From Sinorhizobium meliloti (GTDB lineage Bacteria; Pseudomonadota; Alphaproteobacteria; Rhizobiales; Rhizobiaceae): DNA of 32,000 nucleotides. Below the pieces are notes generated by a model that saw only the letters and a program-made list of their open reading frames with translations, was not told where the DNA came from and made no database searches. The position numbers and the translations under genes were made by a program. How positions within the stretch are numbered: position 1 is the stretch's first letter; the number at the start of each line of letters is the position of its first letter. This document shows, piece after piece, positions 9,802-18,169 of this stretch. The stretch covers positions 570,001 through 602,000 of the forward strand of contig NZ_JAGIOS010000003.1 in NCBI RefSeq assembly GCF_017876815.1, in the 5' to 3' direction.

Positions 9802-11863
9802 CCCTCTGCCGCCAGCGCTTCTGAAGCGTAAAGCCGTCGTCTATGTGCGACAATCGAGCCAAAGCCAGGTCATGCAAAATCTCGAGAGCCAACGGCGCCA
9901 ATACGATCTTGTGGATGCTGCGCGCCAGCACGGTTTCCGACGGGTCGAGGTGATTGATGATGACCTCGGATTGTCGGCGAGCGGCGCGGTCGCCCGTCCG
10001 GGGTTCGAACGTCTTGTCGCCTGGCTCTGCGCCGGAGACGTCGGCGCCGTTTTGTGTTTCGATGCTTCGCGTCTCGCCCGAAACGGGCGTGACTGGCATC
10101 ATTTGCTCGAACTTTGCGGCCTCGTGGACGCCCGCGTCATCGACCAGGACGGCGTCTATAATCCGTGCTCTCCTAATGATCGTTTGCTTTTGGGCATGAA
10201 GGGCACGATCAGCGAGTTCGAGCTTGGCATTATTCGCGCGCGCATGCTCGACGCTGCGCGTGCCAAGGCCAGACGCGGAGAGCTGCGCATCAGCGTTCCT
10301 ATCGGTTATATCTGGTACCGCGATGCGGGCCTTGGTTTCGATCCGGATCTGCGCGTGCAGGAAGCCGTCCGTCTGATCTTCAGCCGGTTTCGAGAGCTGA
10401 GAAGCGGTCGCCAGGTACTGTTGTCGCTGACGGAAGACAAGCTTTGCTTCCCACGTCCGACGGACGGACGCAACACGACGACTTTCGACTGGACACCGAT
10501 CCGATATCGCAATGTCATCTCGGTGCTAAAGAATCCGTTTTACGCTGGCGTTTATGCTTACGGCAAAAGCGAGAAGCGCACCGAGATTATCGATGGCCGC
10601 GCCCGCAAGACCTATGGCCATGGCAAACCGAAGGAGGAGTGGGAAGTTTTTCTCAAAGATCACCACGACGGTTATATCGAATGGGACGAATATGAACGCA
10701 ACCAGGCGCTGCTCGCCGCCAACGCCTATGGGCAAAAGGGCGGTGCAAAATCGGGCCGCGGTGGGCGTGCGCTGCTTTCTGGGCTCCTTTCCTGCGGTCG
10801 TTGCGGGCGGCGCCTGTGCGTCGCCTATACCGGCAAAACGCCACGTCCGGTTTACCGCTGCGAACGCCCCAATTTGATGTTAGGACTCAATCGATGTCTT
10901 GGCTTCGGCGGCCCGCGAATTGACAAAGCGGTTGCCGCGGAGCTTCTGCGCGTAGTCCAGCCGATGGCGATAGAGGCGGCGATGCAAGCTGAACACATGC
11001 AGTCTGAGGCGCGAGCTGAACGCCGCCGCGCCGCTGAACTCGACCTGCAGAAGGCGCAATATGAAGCTGCGCTCGCAGAACGACGCTACGCCGCCTGCGA
11101 TCCCGACAATTGCCTGATCGCGGCAACGCTGGAGAAGAACTGGGAGGTCGCTTTAAAACGCCTGGAGGCCTGCAAGACACGCCTTGACGCCGAACAGCTC
11201 CCGGATACCCCGGCAAAGCTGCCTGATTTAGATGGCTTGGCGGAAGATCTGCAGGCCGCCTGGAATGCGCCGGGCGTCAGCACGCGGGCGCGGCAGCGCC
11301 TCGCGCGGGCGCTGATCAAGGACATCATCGCTGATGTCGACGAAGAAGCGCGCGACGTCGTCCTGACAATCCATTGGCAGGGTGGTCAGCACTCGCAACT
11401 GCGCGTCAGAAAGCCCAAGACCGGCGAACATGGTTGCAATACGTCCGAAGACGCTCTTGAGGTCATGCGTTCCATGGCTGGAAGATGGAGCGACAGCGAT
11501 ATCGCAGCCACTCTCAATCGCATGGGCATACGCACAGGCTTTGGCCACACCTGGACGGCTCACCGCGTCTCTTCGATCCGCCGTGTCAACGATATTCACG
11601 CATACTTTTCTGCCGAAAAGAGCGGCAAATGGCTGACGATGACGGAGGCGGCCACCAAACTCGGCGTGACAAACCACGTCATCCGCAACCTGATCAAGGC
11701 AAAAATCCTGCCGGCCGAACAAGTCGTGCCCAGAGCGCCTTATCAGATTAAAGCCGTTGATATCGAACGCGAAGATATCATTGAAGCGATTAACAATAGA
11801 CGACGGAAACGCCCATATCGCGACCCTCGGCAAATCGCCCTTCCAATAAATTCAATTACTTAG
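9788..11863 (+). CDS. Large serine recombinase (resolvase/invertase catalytic domain + recombinase domain + zinc ribbon + coiled coil + C-terminal HTH)
   Basis: 691 aa. Catalytic-serine motif VVYVRQSSQSQ...Q and DASRLARN. The recombinase domain contains NPFYAGVYAYG. Zinc ribbon: CGRCGRRL...YRC. A coiled-coil segment follows. The C-terminal part has an MerR/excisionase-like HTH (LTMTEAATKLGVTNHVIRNLIK). GGAGAAGGAGG lies upstream of the ATG. Confidence 0.9.
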   Translation: MNAFSPLPPALLKRKAVVYVRQSSQSQVMQNLESQRRQYDLVDAARQHGFRRVEVIDDDLGLSASGAVARPGFERLVAWLCAGDVGAVLCFDASRLARNGRDWHHLLELCGLVDARVIDQDGVYNPCSPNDRLLLGMKGTISEFELGIIRARMLDAARAKARRGELRISVPIGYIWYRDAGLGFDPDLRVQEAVRLIFSRFRELRSGRQVLLSLTEDKLCFPRPTDGRNTTTFDWTPIRYRNVISVLKNPFYAGVYAYGKSEKRTEIIDGRARKTYGHGKPKEEWEVFLKDHHDGYIEWDEYERNQALLAANAYGQKGGAKSGRGGRALLSGLLSCGRCGRRLCVAYTGKTPRPVYRCERPNLMLGLNRCLGFGGPRIDKAVAAELLRVVQPMAIEAAMQAEHMQSEARAERRRAAELDLQKAQYEAALAERRYAACDPDNCLIAATLEKNWEVALKRLEACKTRLDAEQLPDTPAKLPDLDGLAEDLQAAWNAPGVSTRARQRLARALIKDIIADVDEEARDVVLTIHWQGGQHSQLRVRKPKTGEHGCNTSEDALEVMRSMAGRWSDSDIAATLNRMGIRTGFGHTWTAHRVSSIRRVNDIHAYFSAEKSGKWLTMTEAATKLGVTNHVIRNLIKAKILPAEQVVPRAPYQIKAVDIEREDIIEAINNRRRKRPYRDPRQIALPINSIT

Positions 11864-11890
11864 AAAGGGGGTGCATAATGACTCATGTCC

Positions 11891-12254
11891 GGCAAAAATC
11901 CTGATATCGCGTTCGAGAAGGTTGTTGTCGATCGACATCCTGCCGTCTTCGGTGTAGCGCGTCAGGTATTCCCACTGGTTCAGGGTGTAGGATACGGCGT
12001 CACCGATCTTGCTATCGGGCAAGACCTTCGGCGCGATGTCATCGAGCCATGCTTGAGAGCGATCAGGATGGGGACGCTGTGTTGCTGGCGGAAACGGCGG
12101 ATGCAGTCGGCTTGCGTTTCGCCAACTTCCGGCTTTTCGTTCTTGGCTTGGCTTTCAATCCGGTAGAGCTGCTCGAAGAACTTCAGCGCCTGCTCCGGCG
12201 GTCCGCCGCCTTTCTTCCTTGTCTTCAGAGCATCGATGAAGCGACGCCTCGAAT
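11891..12254 (-). pseudogene. Outer IS66 transposase tnpC, middle fragment (with internal frameshift near 12050)
   Basis: SRRRFIDALK...ALKFFEQLYRIESQAK...RRFRQQHSVPILIALK, then a frameshift, then AWLDDIAPKVLPDSKIGDAVSYTLNQWEYLTRYTEDGRMSIDNNLLERDIRIFA. The fragment is bounded by the two nested insertions. Confidence 0.85.
12247..12254. repeat. 8-bp target-site duplication CCTCGAAT (left copy) of the inner IS66-family element
   Basis: An identical octamer lies at 15404..15411, directly outside the opposite inverted repeat. Confidence 0.9.
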
Positions 12255-12315
12255 GTGAGCGCGACGAGCATCCCACGGCTTTCGTCTGTTGACGGAGGAG
12301 GAGCCGTCCGCTGTT

Positions 12316-12879
12316 TTAGAACTTCTGCTTTGCGCGCTTTGGCATGAAGTAGCTTCGGATATTGACGAGCGCCTCGGCGACGGCAGCAGCATCCTTGTGG
12401 GTAGCTGGTCCTTTTGTCTCGCTGAGCTTGCGGATTGGCGCAATGATGTCGCCAGTGACGGCATGACCGCGAACGACGGGCCGCCACAGCTTCGGCGCGA
12501 ACCCGGTTCCCATCAGAAAGCAGACGTCCCAGTCCATGGCATCAAAGGTCTGATCATCGATCCTGGTGAACCTGGGCCGGTGGTCTTTCGGCGTTTCGGC
12601 GAGGCTCGCCGAGATGCGGTTGTATTCCGCAACGATGGTCTGCACGGCCCGATGCTCGGTTGTTTCCATTGGCAGGTTCAGGGCCTCCGGGCCGGTCAGC
12701 TCCGGGATCCATTGACGTGGGTCGATAAACTTCGGGCCGATGATGAGAGCCGTGAGATAGCCATCGAGACCGCTCATTGACCAGATTGGCGATGCCGGAC
12801 GACGTGCCCTGATGAAGGCTTCGAACGCCTCGTCATCGAGCTTCGGTCGTACCGTCGTCCCTTGGCTGTTCTGTGTCAT
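12316..12879 (-). CDS. UPF0149/YecA-like family protein, fourth ORF of the inner IS66 element
   Basis: The ATG at 12879 overlaps the tnpC stop as ATGA. The product MTQNSQGTT...LDGYLTALIIGPKFIDPRQWIPEL...DWDVCFLMGTGF resembles the UPF0149 family; this assignment is from memory and is not verified. Confidence 0.6.
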   Translation of the reverse strand: MTQNSQGTTVRPKLDDEAFEAFIRARRPASPIWSMSGLDGYLTALIIGPKFIDPRQWIPELTGPEALNLPMETTEHRAVQTIVAEYNRISASLAETPKDHRPRFTRIDDQTFDAMDWDVCFLMGTGFAPKLWRPVVRGHAVTGDIIAPIRKLSETKGPATHKDAAAVAEALVNIRSYFMPKRAKQKF

Positions 12880-14450
12880 GCCGCCCGTCGCTCCTGATCT
12901 GCAATGTCCTCGCGTTCGGCCTTCCAAGCCCACGGCAATAGGCTTTCCATCCGGTTGGCTTTCACTTTGCCGGAGATGATGCGTTCCAGCACATCGGCAA
13001 GCCAGACTTCAGGATCCACGCCGTTAAGCTTCGCCGTGTTGATCAGTGATGCGAGCACAGCGAAAGTCTCTCCGCCGCGCGCACTGCCCACGAACAAGGA
13101 ATTCTTCCTCGTCAGGGCCACCGATTTCATCGAACGCTCGACCACATTGGAGTCTACTTCGATCCGGCCATCCTCTAGGAAGGCTGCCAGTCCGTTCCAG
13201 TGGTTGAGCGTGTAGGTGACGGCCTTGCCAAGCGCCGATTTCGCCGACACCTCGTCGCTCAGTTCGGTGAGCTGGGCCTTCAGTTCGCTCATGATGGGCG
13301 CTGCCTCGCGACGCCGCACCCTCAGCCGGGTATCGGCACTTTCGCCTCGGATCTTCGCTTCGATGCGATAGATCTCGGCGATCCTGGCCAGGATCGACAG
13401 CGCCTCCGAGGAGCCGGTCAGCTTGACGACATCGACGAACTTGCGTCGTGCGTGAGCAAGGCAGAACGCCAGCCGCATGGGGGCGACATTGCTCTTCCCC
13501 CTGCGCTTGGCCAAGGTTTTATAGGCTTGATAGCCATCGACCTGAAGCACGCCGGCAAACGACGACAGTTGCCCCTCGACCTCGCGAGCGCTGCGGCTTT
13601 CGGCAAAAGTATAGGCCACCGCCGGCGGCGCGGGACCATTCCATGGCCGATCGTCGACCGCCTGCGCCCACAGTTGGCAAAGCTTGGTGCGTTTGCGCCT
13701 CGGATCGAGCCGCGGAAGCGGTGTCTCGTCACAGAACACCCTTGGCTGGGAGAGGATGAAGGCGGTAAGCGCATCGTAGAGAAGCTCGAGCCACCAGGCG
13801 ACCCGCGTCACCCAGGCGCCGAGCGTGCCGCGATCTATGACGACGCCGCAGGAGGCAAGCATCTGCGCCTGGCGATGCAGCGGCAAATGCCAGGCAAACT
13901 TCGAAACGGCGACATGGGCTGCAAACGCCGTGGTCACCATACCGCCGTCCATCACACGCGCCGGCGCGGGCGCTTGCACAACAACGCTTTCGCAGGCCCG
14001 GCATGCATAGCGCGGCCGGATCGTCCGCTTTACCCGGACAATTGCCGGCACGATATCGAGCGCCTCGCTGATATCCTCACCGATGCAATGCAGGTCGAAC
14101 GAACAGCAGGGGCAGACCTTGCTCTCCGGCTCGATGATCTCGTCATAACGGGGAAGGTGTTTGGGCAAGCGACCGATATTGCGCGACGGCGCTCGCCGAG
14201 CCTGTGACGCCTGGTCGACGATTGGCGCAACATCGTCATTGGCCGCCACCGGGATGTCACTGAGATCGCCGAGATCGAGCACCGCCTGCGTCGGATCGAT
14301 CGTCGTCATCTTCTCCGATTTCGGCCCAAACAGCTGGCCCTCGAGGAAGGCGACACGCGCTTTGAGGTCGGCATTCTCTGCATCGAGCGAGAGAATGATC
14401 CGGGTCAATTGCTTGGCATCCTGAGGCAAGGGATCGGGTCGAAGCGGCAT
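12876..14450 (-). CDS. tnpC: IS66-family transposase TnpC (inner element, apparently intact)
   Basis: The open frame runs 12876..14483, but the track start is a TTG, so I prefer ATG 14450 (MPLRPDPLPQD...). Conserved blocks: GPKSEK, LPRYDEIIEP, CPCC, RPRYACRACE, HLPLHRQ, CDETPLP, CLAHARRKF, VDSNVVERSMK..TRKNSLF, AKLNGVDPEVWL. Confidence 0.9.
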   Translation of the reverse strand: MPLRPDPLPQDAKQLTRIILSLDAENADLKARVAFLEGQLFGPKSEKMTTIDPTQAVLDLGDLSDIPVAANDDVAPIVDQASQARRAPSRNIGRLPKHLPRYDEIIEPESKVCPCCSFDLHCIGEDISEALDIVPAIVRVKRTIRPRYACRACESVVVQAPAPARVMDGGMVTTAFAAHVAVSKFAWHLPLHRQAQMLASCGVVIDRGTLGAWVTRVAWWLELLYDALTAFILSQPRVFCDETPLPRLDPRRKRTKLCQLWAQAVDDRPWNGPAPPAVAYTFAESRSAREVEGQLSSFAGVLQVDGYQAYKTLAKRRGKSNVAPMRLAFCLAHARRKFVDVVKLTGSSEALSILARIAEIYRIEAKIRGESADTRLRVRRREAAPIMSELKAQLTELSDEVSAKSALGKAVTYTLNHWNGLAAFLEDGRIEVDSNVVERSMKSVALTRKNSLFVGSARGGETFAVLASLINTAKLNGVDPEVWLADVLERIISGKVKANRMESLLPWAWKAEREDIADQERRAA

Positions 14451-14498
14451 GACAGACCCTACCACATGAGCCTGAATCTGCAAACAAATCCAATAGGA

Positions 14499-14855
14499 TC
14501 AGCCCGCTTTTGAAGGCCTCCTCACCGCGTTTCGTTTGACCCGCGTCCAGTCAATGCCGGCCAGCAAAAGCGAGAACTCTTGGCTACTCATCTGCATCGC
14601 GCCATCGCGGATCGGTGGCCAAACGAACTTGCCCGCCTCCAGCCATTTCGTCGCCAGGATCATGCCTGACCCGTCCCAGTAAATACAGCGCAGGCGATCG
14701 CAACGCTTGGCGCGGAACACGAACACGTCGCCACAATAAGGATCAGCCGCAAGCGCTGACGCCACCAATGCCACCAGACCATTCATGCCGCGCCGGAAGT
14801 CGACAGGCTGCGTCGCCACCATGATCTTTACGCCACTCGGCGAAAGACCGATCAC
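14499..14855 (-). CDS. tnpB: IS66 Orf2 (TnpB) of the inner element
   Basis: 118 aa: MIGLSPSGVKIMVATQPVDFRRGMNGL...FVFRAKRCDRLRCIYWDGSGM, typical of IS66 Orf2. The GTG start overlaps the tnpA stop (GTGA). Confidence 0.88.
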   Translation of the reverse strand: MIGLSPSGVKIMVATQPVDFRRGMNGLVALVASALAADPYCGDVFVFRAKRCDRLRCIYWDGSGMILATKWLEAGKFVWPPIRDGAMQMSSQEFSLLLAGIDWTRVKRNAVRRPSKAG

Positions 14856-15322
14856 CGGCGACCTCGCAACGCCGCTACTACCGCTTGCGCCAACTCGGGC
14901 GCCACCGAGCCGATCACGGTCAGGCGCGCGCCGGCAATCTCAATCTCAATTCGACCGGAGGCACCGGAAGCGATATCCGACGACGCGCTCTGGTGAAGCG
15001 TTCGTTCTCCAACCACTGTCACCGGCACGAACATCGCCTGCTGTGCGCAGGCTTGCTCGGATCGTCGAGAGGTCAGCCCGGCTTCGCGGCGCCAGACAGT
15101 CAGCAGCCCGCGATTGACGCCCCAGCGCCGGGCAACAGCCGAGATGTTCACTCCGGGTTCAGCGCTCTCCGCAAGGATCCGCGCCTTCTCCTCGTCGGTC
15201 CAATTCCGCCGCTGGCGTCGCCCGGTGATCAGCTCGATCCGCCGGTAGGCTCCATCATGCCTAGCTTCATCCATGGCTTCATCCATGACTCCAAGCATGG
15301 CACCAGCGCGATCTCCAACCAT
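14852..15322 (-). CDS. tnpA: IS66 Orf1 (TnpA) of the inner element, start uncertain
   Basis: RRNWTDEEKARILAESAEPGVNISAVARRWGVNRGLLTVWRRE is the typical IS66 Orf1 HTH region. Candidate ATG starts lie at 15322, 15298, 15286 and 15274. The track ORF starts with TTG at 15367. Confidence 0.8.
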   Translation of the reverse strand: MVGDRAGAMLGVMDEAMDEARHDGAYRRIELITGRRQRRNWTDEEKARILAESAEPGVNISAVARRWGVNRGLLTVWRREAGLTSRRSEQACAQQAMFVPVTVVGERTLHQSASSDIASGASGRIEIEIAGARLTVIGSVAPELAQAVVAALRGRR

Positions 15323-15403
15323 CCCGTTCCACTCCTGTCGATGACGGAGCTTATCTCGCGGTCTCAATCAGCAAAGGAAAGGTGGGCTGTTCGTAGCGCT
15401 CAC

Positions 15404-15411
15404 CCTCGAAT
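15404..15411. repeat. 8-bp target-site duplication CCTCGAAT (right copy) of the inner IS66-family element
   Basis: See 12247..12254. Confidence 0.9.
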
Positions 15412-16428
15412 GGGCCATACACCCAATATGGGTCGCTCCTGCCAGAGTGCGCCAGGCGGTGTAACCATCGCTCATCAATATGCCGCGGTAGTCGCCGAGG
15501 AAGGCCTGCGGATAAATCTGGCCGCGGCCGGGTTGATAATCGAGCAGCACGATCGGCTCGCCGCTGTCTTCACCGCTCCTGTATGCCCACATGAAGGATA
15601 TGCTGGTGGCCTCCCTGTCCTTTTCCTTCAGCACCTGGACCGTTGTCTCGTCACCATGGATCAGCGGTTGTGAACGAAGCCGGAGCTTCAGCGCGTCATA
15701 GATGCGAGAGAGATGCCTCTCGCTCGAGCCGATCACCCAGTGACCCAAAGCACCGCGGCTGACGGGAACGCCGGCGCGCTCGAAGGCCTGGGCGAGACGG
15801 TAGAGCGGCGTGCCGTCGATGTATTTGTGGACCAGTGCAAATGCCAGCGTCGAGGCCGTGGCGATGCTGCCCGGCAAGGGCTGCGCGGGCATTGGCGCGA
15901 GAACGACAGGCGTGTTGATGCCGGTCCGGTCGCAATGGCGGCAGGCGTACTTGAACCGCACATTCTGCAGGACCTTGGCCTTCACCTCGATATGGAGCTG
16001 CTCGGTGACGGCCTCACCCATGCGATGCATCTGATGACGGCAGCAAGGGCAGGCCTTCTGGTCGTCGGCAAGGTCATACTCGACACGCTCGCGCGGCAGG
16101 TGTTCCGGCAGGGGCTTGCGGCCACGCTTCTTGCCCTCCGGTTTCTCGATCGTCGCAAAACCGGTTTCCGGCAGGTCGACGACCTCGCCATCTTCTCCGC
16201 TGGCGTCGTCTTCATTGGCAACCTGCTCGGCTTCATCGAAGAGCCGGTCCACATGCTTTTCGCTCTTCGGCGCAAAACGATGCAGCCGCGCCAGCTCCAA
16301 CTCTTCCTCGAGCTTGACCACGCGGGCGCTGAGCGCTTCTTTCTCGGCTTTCAGCGCGGCATTTCGGCAGCATTTGCCGCCAACTGCGCCATCAGTTCTG
16401 CAACGCTTGGTTCGCCGGATCGAGTCAT
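15404..16428 (-). pseudogene. Outer IS66 transposase tnpC, N-terminal fragment (frameshift near 16350-16375)
   Basis: ATG 16428 gives MTRSGEPSVAELMAQLAANAAE, which then hits a stop. The sequence continues in another frame as NAALKAEKEALSARVVKLEEELELARLHRFAPKSEKH...CPCCRHQMHRMGE...YACRHCD...HGDETTVQVL...GCMAHSR. It ends at the inner IS junction. Confidence 0.85.
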
Positions 16429-16482
16429 CGTAGTTTTGAATCTGAACCGCACCACCGCGTCAACCGCAGAAGTTCAGAGCCG

Positions 16483-16836
16483 TCAGCCGGCGATCTGATA
16501 TTGCCGCACAGGGTGGCGCACCATGGCGTCGATATCGATGCCGTCGAGAATCCAGTGAAGCTGCTCAGTCGAAAGCGTCACCACCGCCGTCTCCCGGCGT
16601 GGCCATCTGAACCGATCTTCGGTCAATCGCTTCAGGACCATCACAAAACCGGACCGATCGAAGAACAGGAGCTTCATCCGGTCACGACGGCGATTGCAGA
16701 ACGCAGAAACGGCTGGAGCAAACGGGTCGAGCTCCATCGTCTCCTGCACCAGGACCGCAAGGCTGTTGATGCCGGCGCGGAAGTCGATCGGTTCGCGGTG
16801 CAGGTAGACCTTGAGATCAGCGCCCAGTCTGAACAT
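16483..16836 (-). CDS. tnpB: IS66 Orf2 (TnpB) of the outer element
   Basis: MFRLGADLKVYLHREPIDFRAGINSLAVLVQE...FCNRRRDRMKLLFFDRSGF. I prefer ATG 16836 to the track TTG at 16851. Confidence 0.85.
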   Translation of the reverse strand: MFRLGADLKVYLHREPIDFRAGINSLAVLVQETMELDPFAPAVSAFCNRRRDRMKLLFFDRSGFVMVLKRLTEDRFRWPRRETAVVTLSTEQLHWILDGIDIDAMVRHPVRQYQIAG

Positions 16837-17275
16837 GGCCCAATGCTCCAATGACAGCCGTCAACGCATCCACATCCCTGCATTCCAGCGAAAGCTTCAC
16901 GCCGTTTGGCAGCAACGCGCTGATTTTGGATAAACCTGACGGATGAACCGGCTTCTCCAGTGATGCTCGTTGTTCTTCATCACACGTGACCGACATATCC
17001 AGCGAGCAGGTCCCGACAGGCAGGCTGCCATCTGCTGCCACGACCGGGATAAACGCCGATCGTGGAGATACCGCCAGGGGGCCAGACTCCCTGGCCTCCT
17101 TGACCCACTTGCGCAGTAGGTTGGCATTGATCCCATGCGTAAGCGCAAGGCCGGATATCGACACACCAGGTTCAAGGCAGGCCGCAACAAGCCGCGCCTT
17201 TGATCCTGGATCGTAGCGGCGTCGACCATCGCGCCCCACATGCCGCACACGCAGTTTCTGCTCTTCGTCACTCAT
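16817..17275 (-). CDS. tnpA: IS66 Orf1 (TnpA) of the outer element
   Basis: 152 aa: RRRYDPGSKARLVAACLEPGVSISGLALTHGINANLLRKWVKE, the HTH region typical of IS66 Orf1. The ATG lies 82 nt inside the right inverted repeat. Confidence 0.85.
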   Translation of the reverse strand: MSDEEQKLRVRHVGRDGRRRYDPGSKARLVAACLEPGVSISGLALTHGINANLLRKWVKEARESGPLAVSPRSAFIPVVAADGSLPVGTCSLDMSVTCDEEQRASLEKPVHPSGLSKISALLPNGVKLSLECRDVDALTAVIGALGHVQTGR

Positions 17276-17357
17276 ATTTGGTGTCCACCTATTTTAAGTG
17301 GACACTTCATGCGGCAGAGGCATCAACGAGAAAAGGCGCATGGAAATGAGCGCTTAC

Positions 17358-17365
17358 GAGCTTGC
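17358..17365. repeat. 8-bp target-site duplication GAGCTTGC (right copy) of the outer IS66-family element
   Basis: See 9015..9022. It is followed by TAACAACTGA, which continues the nodH frame as ...ELANN-stop. Confidence 0.9.
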
Positions 17366-18169
17366 TAACAACTGATTTGACAGCACAAATTCTCGGCATA
17401 TTCCGATTCAGCATGCCGAAGCTGCCATTCGGAATTGCGTACGCCTAGGAATTTGCACCAAATAAACGCGATGGACGGAAAGGGACCGATGCCTGAAGTC
17501 ACTAGGGCATGCAACTTGCGACGATGGGTACGCTAAGCTCATGTCGATTCACGCCGGGTCGGACCGTATCGTTAGGCAGAAGCCAGGGAGCGTTATTGCG
17601 TTCTCGACGGTGCAGATCGTCCAAAGTATGGATGGCGCGCAGCAGAGAGAGCACCTCTGAAAAGACCGGTGCCTCCTAGGGCTCCTCATGGTTTTAGCAT
17701 CGTCAAGACTCTGCTGCGCGTGCAATTTCCCACACCGCGACGGAATGCGGCGGCTAAGCATAGTTCCGTCTCAGCGGATCGCAGTCCGCGCTGGCGACGT
17801 GGGGCGACTGACGGAACACCTACGTTCGGAGCAGGGTCGCGTATTGTCATCGGTAGTGATGAGAGGAGCATTTGACACAACGCCGCGAACCCGCCGGGAT
17901 TGGGGCGTGCACAGCCGCTATGACCGCTCGCTCATCGTTGCAACTCGATCCTCGCTCGTGCCCCCTTGCGACTTCGGCCGGTTGACGAAAACGGCGGTGT
18001 CTGGACCCAGCCGCATGTGGTAGGCGCGCTCGGACTCACCCCCTCCCGGGTGTGAGTCATCGGGCAAATCGCGCATCGACCGGGTCCTCCACCGCCCTGG
18101 GATAGTTCAATCATCAAACCGTCGTCATTCATTATGCTCACCCATCCTCGCCTATTCGCTAGTCTTCGT

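Larger units (their letters stand above)
9307..11890 (+). mobile_element. Compact element encoding a large serine recombinase, inserted in the outer IS66 tnpC
   Basis: It interrupts the IS66 reading frame exactly between ...IRIFA and TGRKSWLF. GGC is present at both junctions (9304..9306 and 11891..11893). The termini are imperfectly inverted: GG(C/A)CAT...GTCATT(C/A)T..ACCC. It contains only 1-2 small ORFs plus the recombinase. Confidence 0.7.
12255..15403 (-). mobile_element. Intact IS66-family insertion sequence (3149 bp, four ORFs) nested in the outer IS66 tnpC
   Basis: The terminal inverted repeats GTGAGCGCGACGAGCATCCCAC and GTGAGCGCTACGAACAGCCCAC match at 19/22 positions. The element is flanked by the 8-bp duplication CCTCGAAT. 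Removing it rejoins the outer transposase in frame (...GCMAHSR|RRFIDA...). Confidence 0.92.
9023..17357 (-). mobile_element. Outer IS66-family insertion sequence (about 2.59 kb originally), carrying two nested insertions
   Basis: Perfect 22-bp terminal inverted repeats GTAAGCGCTCATTTCCATGCGC at 9023..9044 and 17336..17357, flanked by the 8-bp direct repeat GAGCTTGC. It has the tnpA-tnpB-tnpC organisation on the minus strand. tnpC is split into three pieces by insertions at 9307..11890 and 12255..15403. Confidence 0.9.

Noticed and set aside
13200-14207. 335-aa plus-strand ORF, plus similar ORFs at 14885..15673 and 15713..16498
   Set aside because: They are antisense shadows of the IS66 transposase, tnpA and tnpB genes, with low-complexity Arg/Gly/Pro-rich translations.
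18041-18066. Hairpin GACTCACCC..GGGTGTGAGTC downstream of syrM as a terminator
   Set aside because: The stem is imperfect (one bulge), it lies about 105 nt from the stop, and there is no U-tract on either strand.
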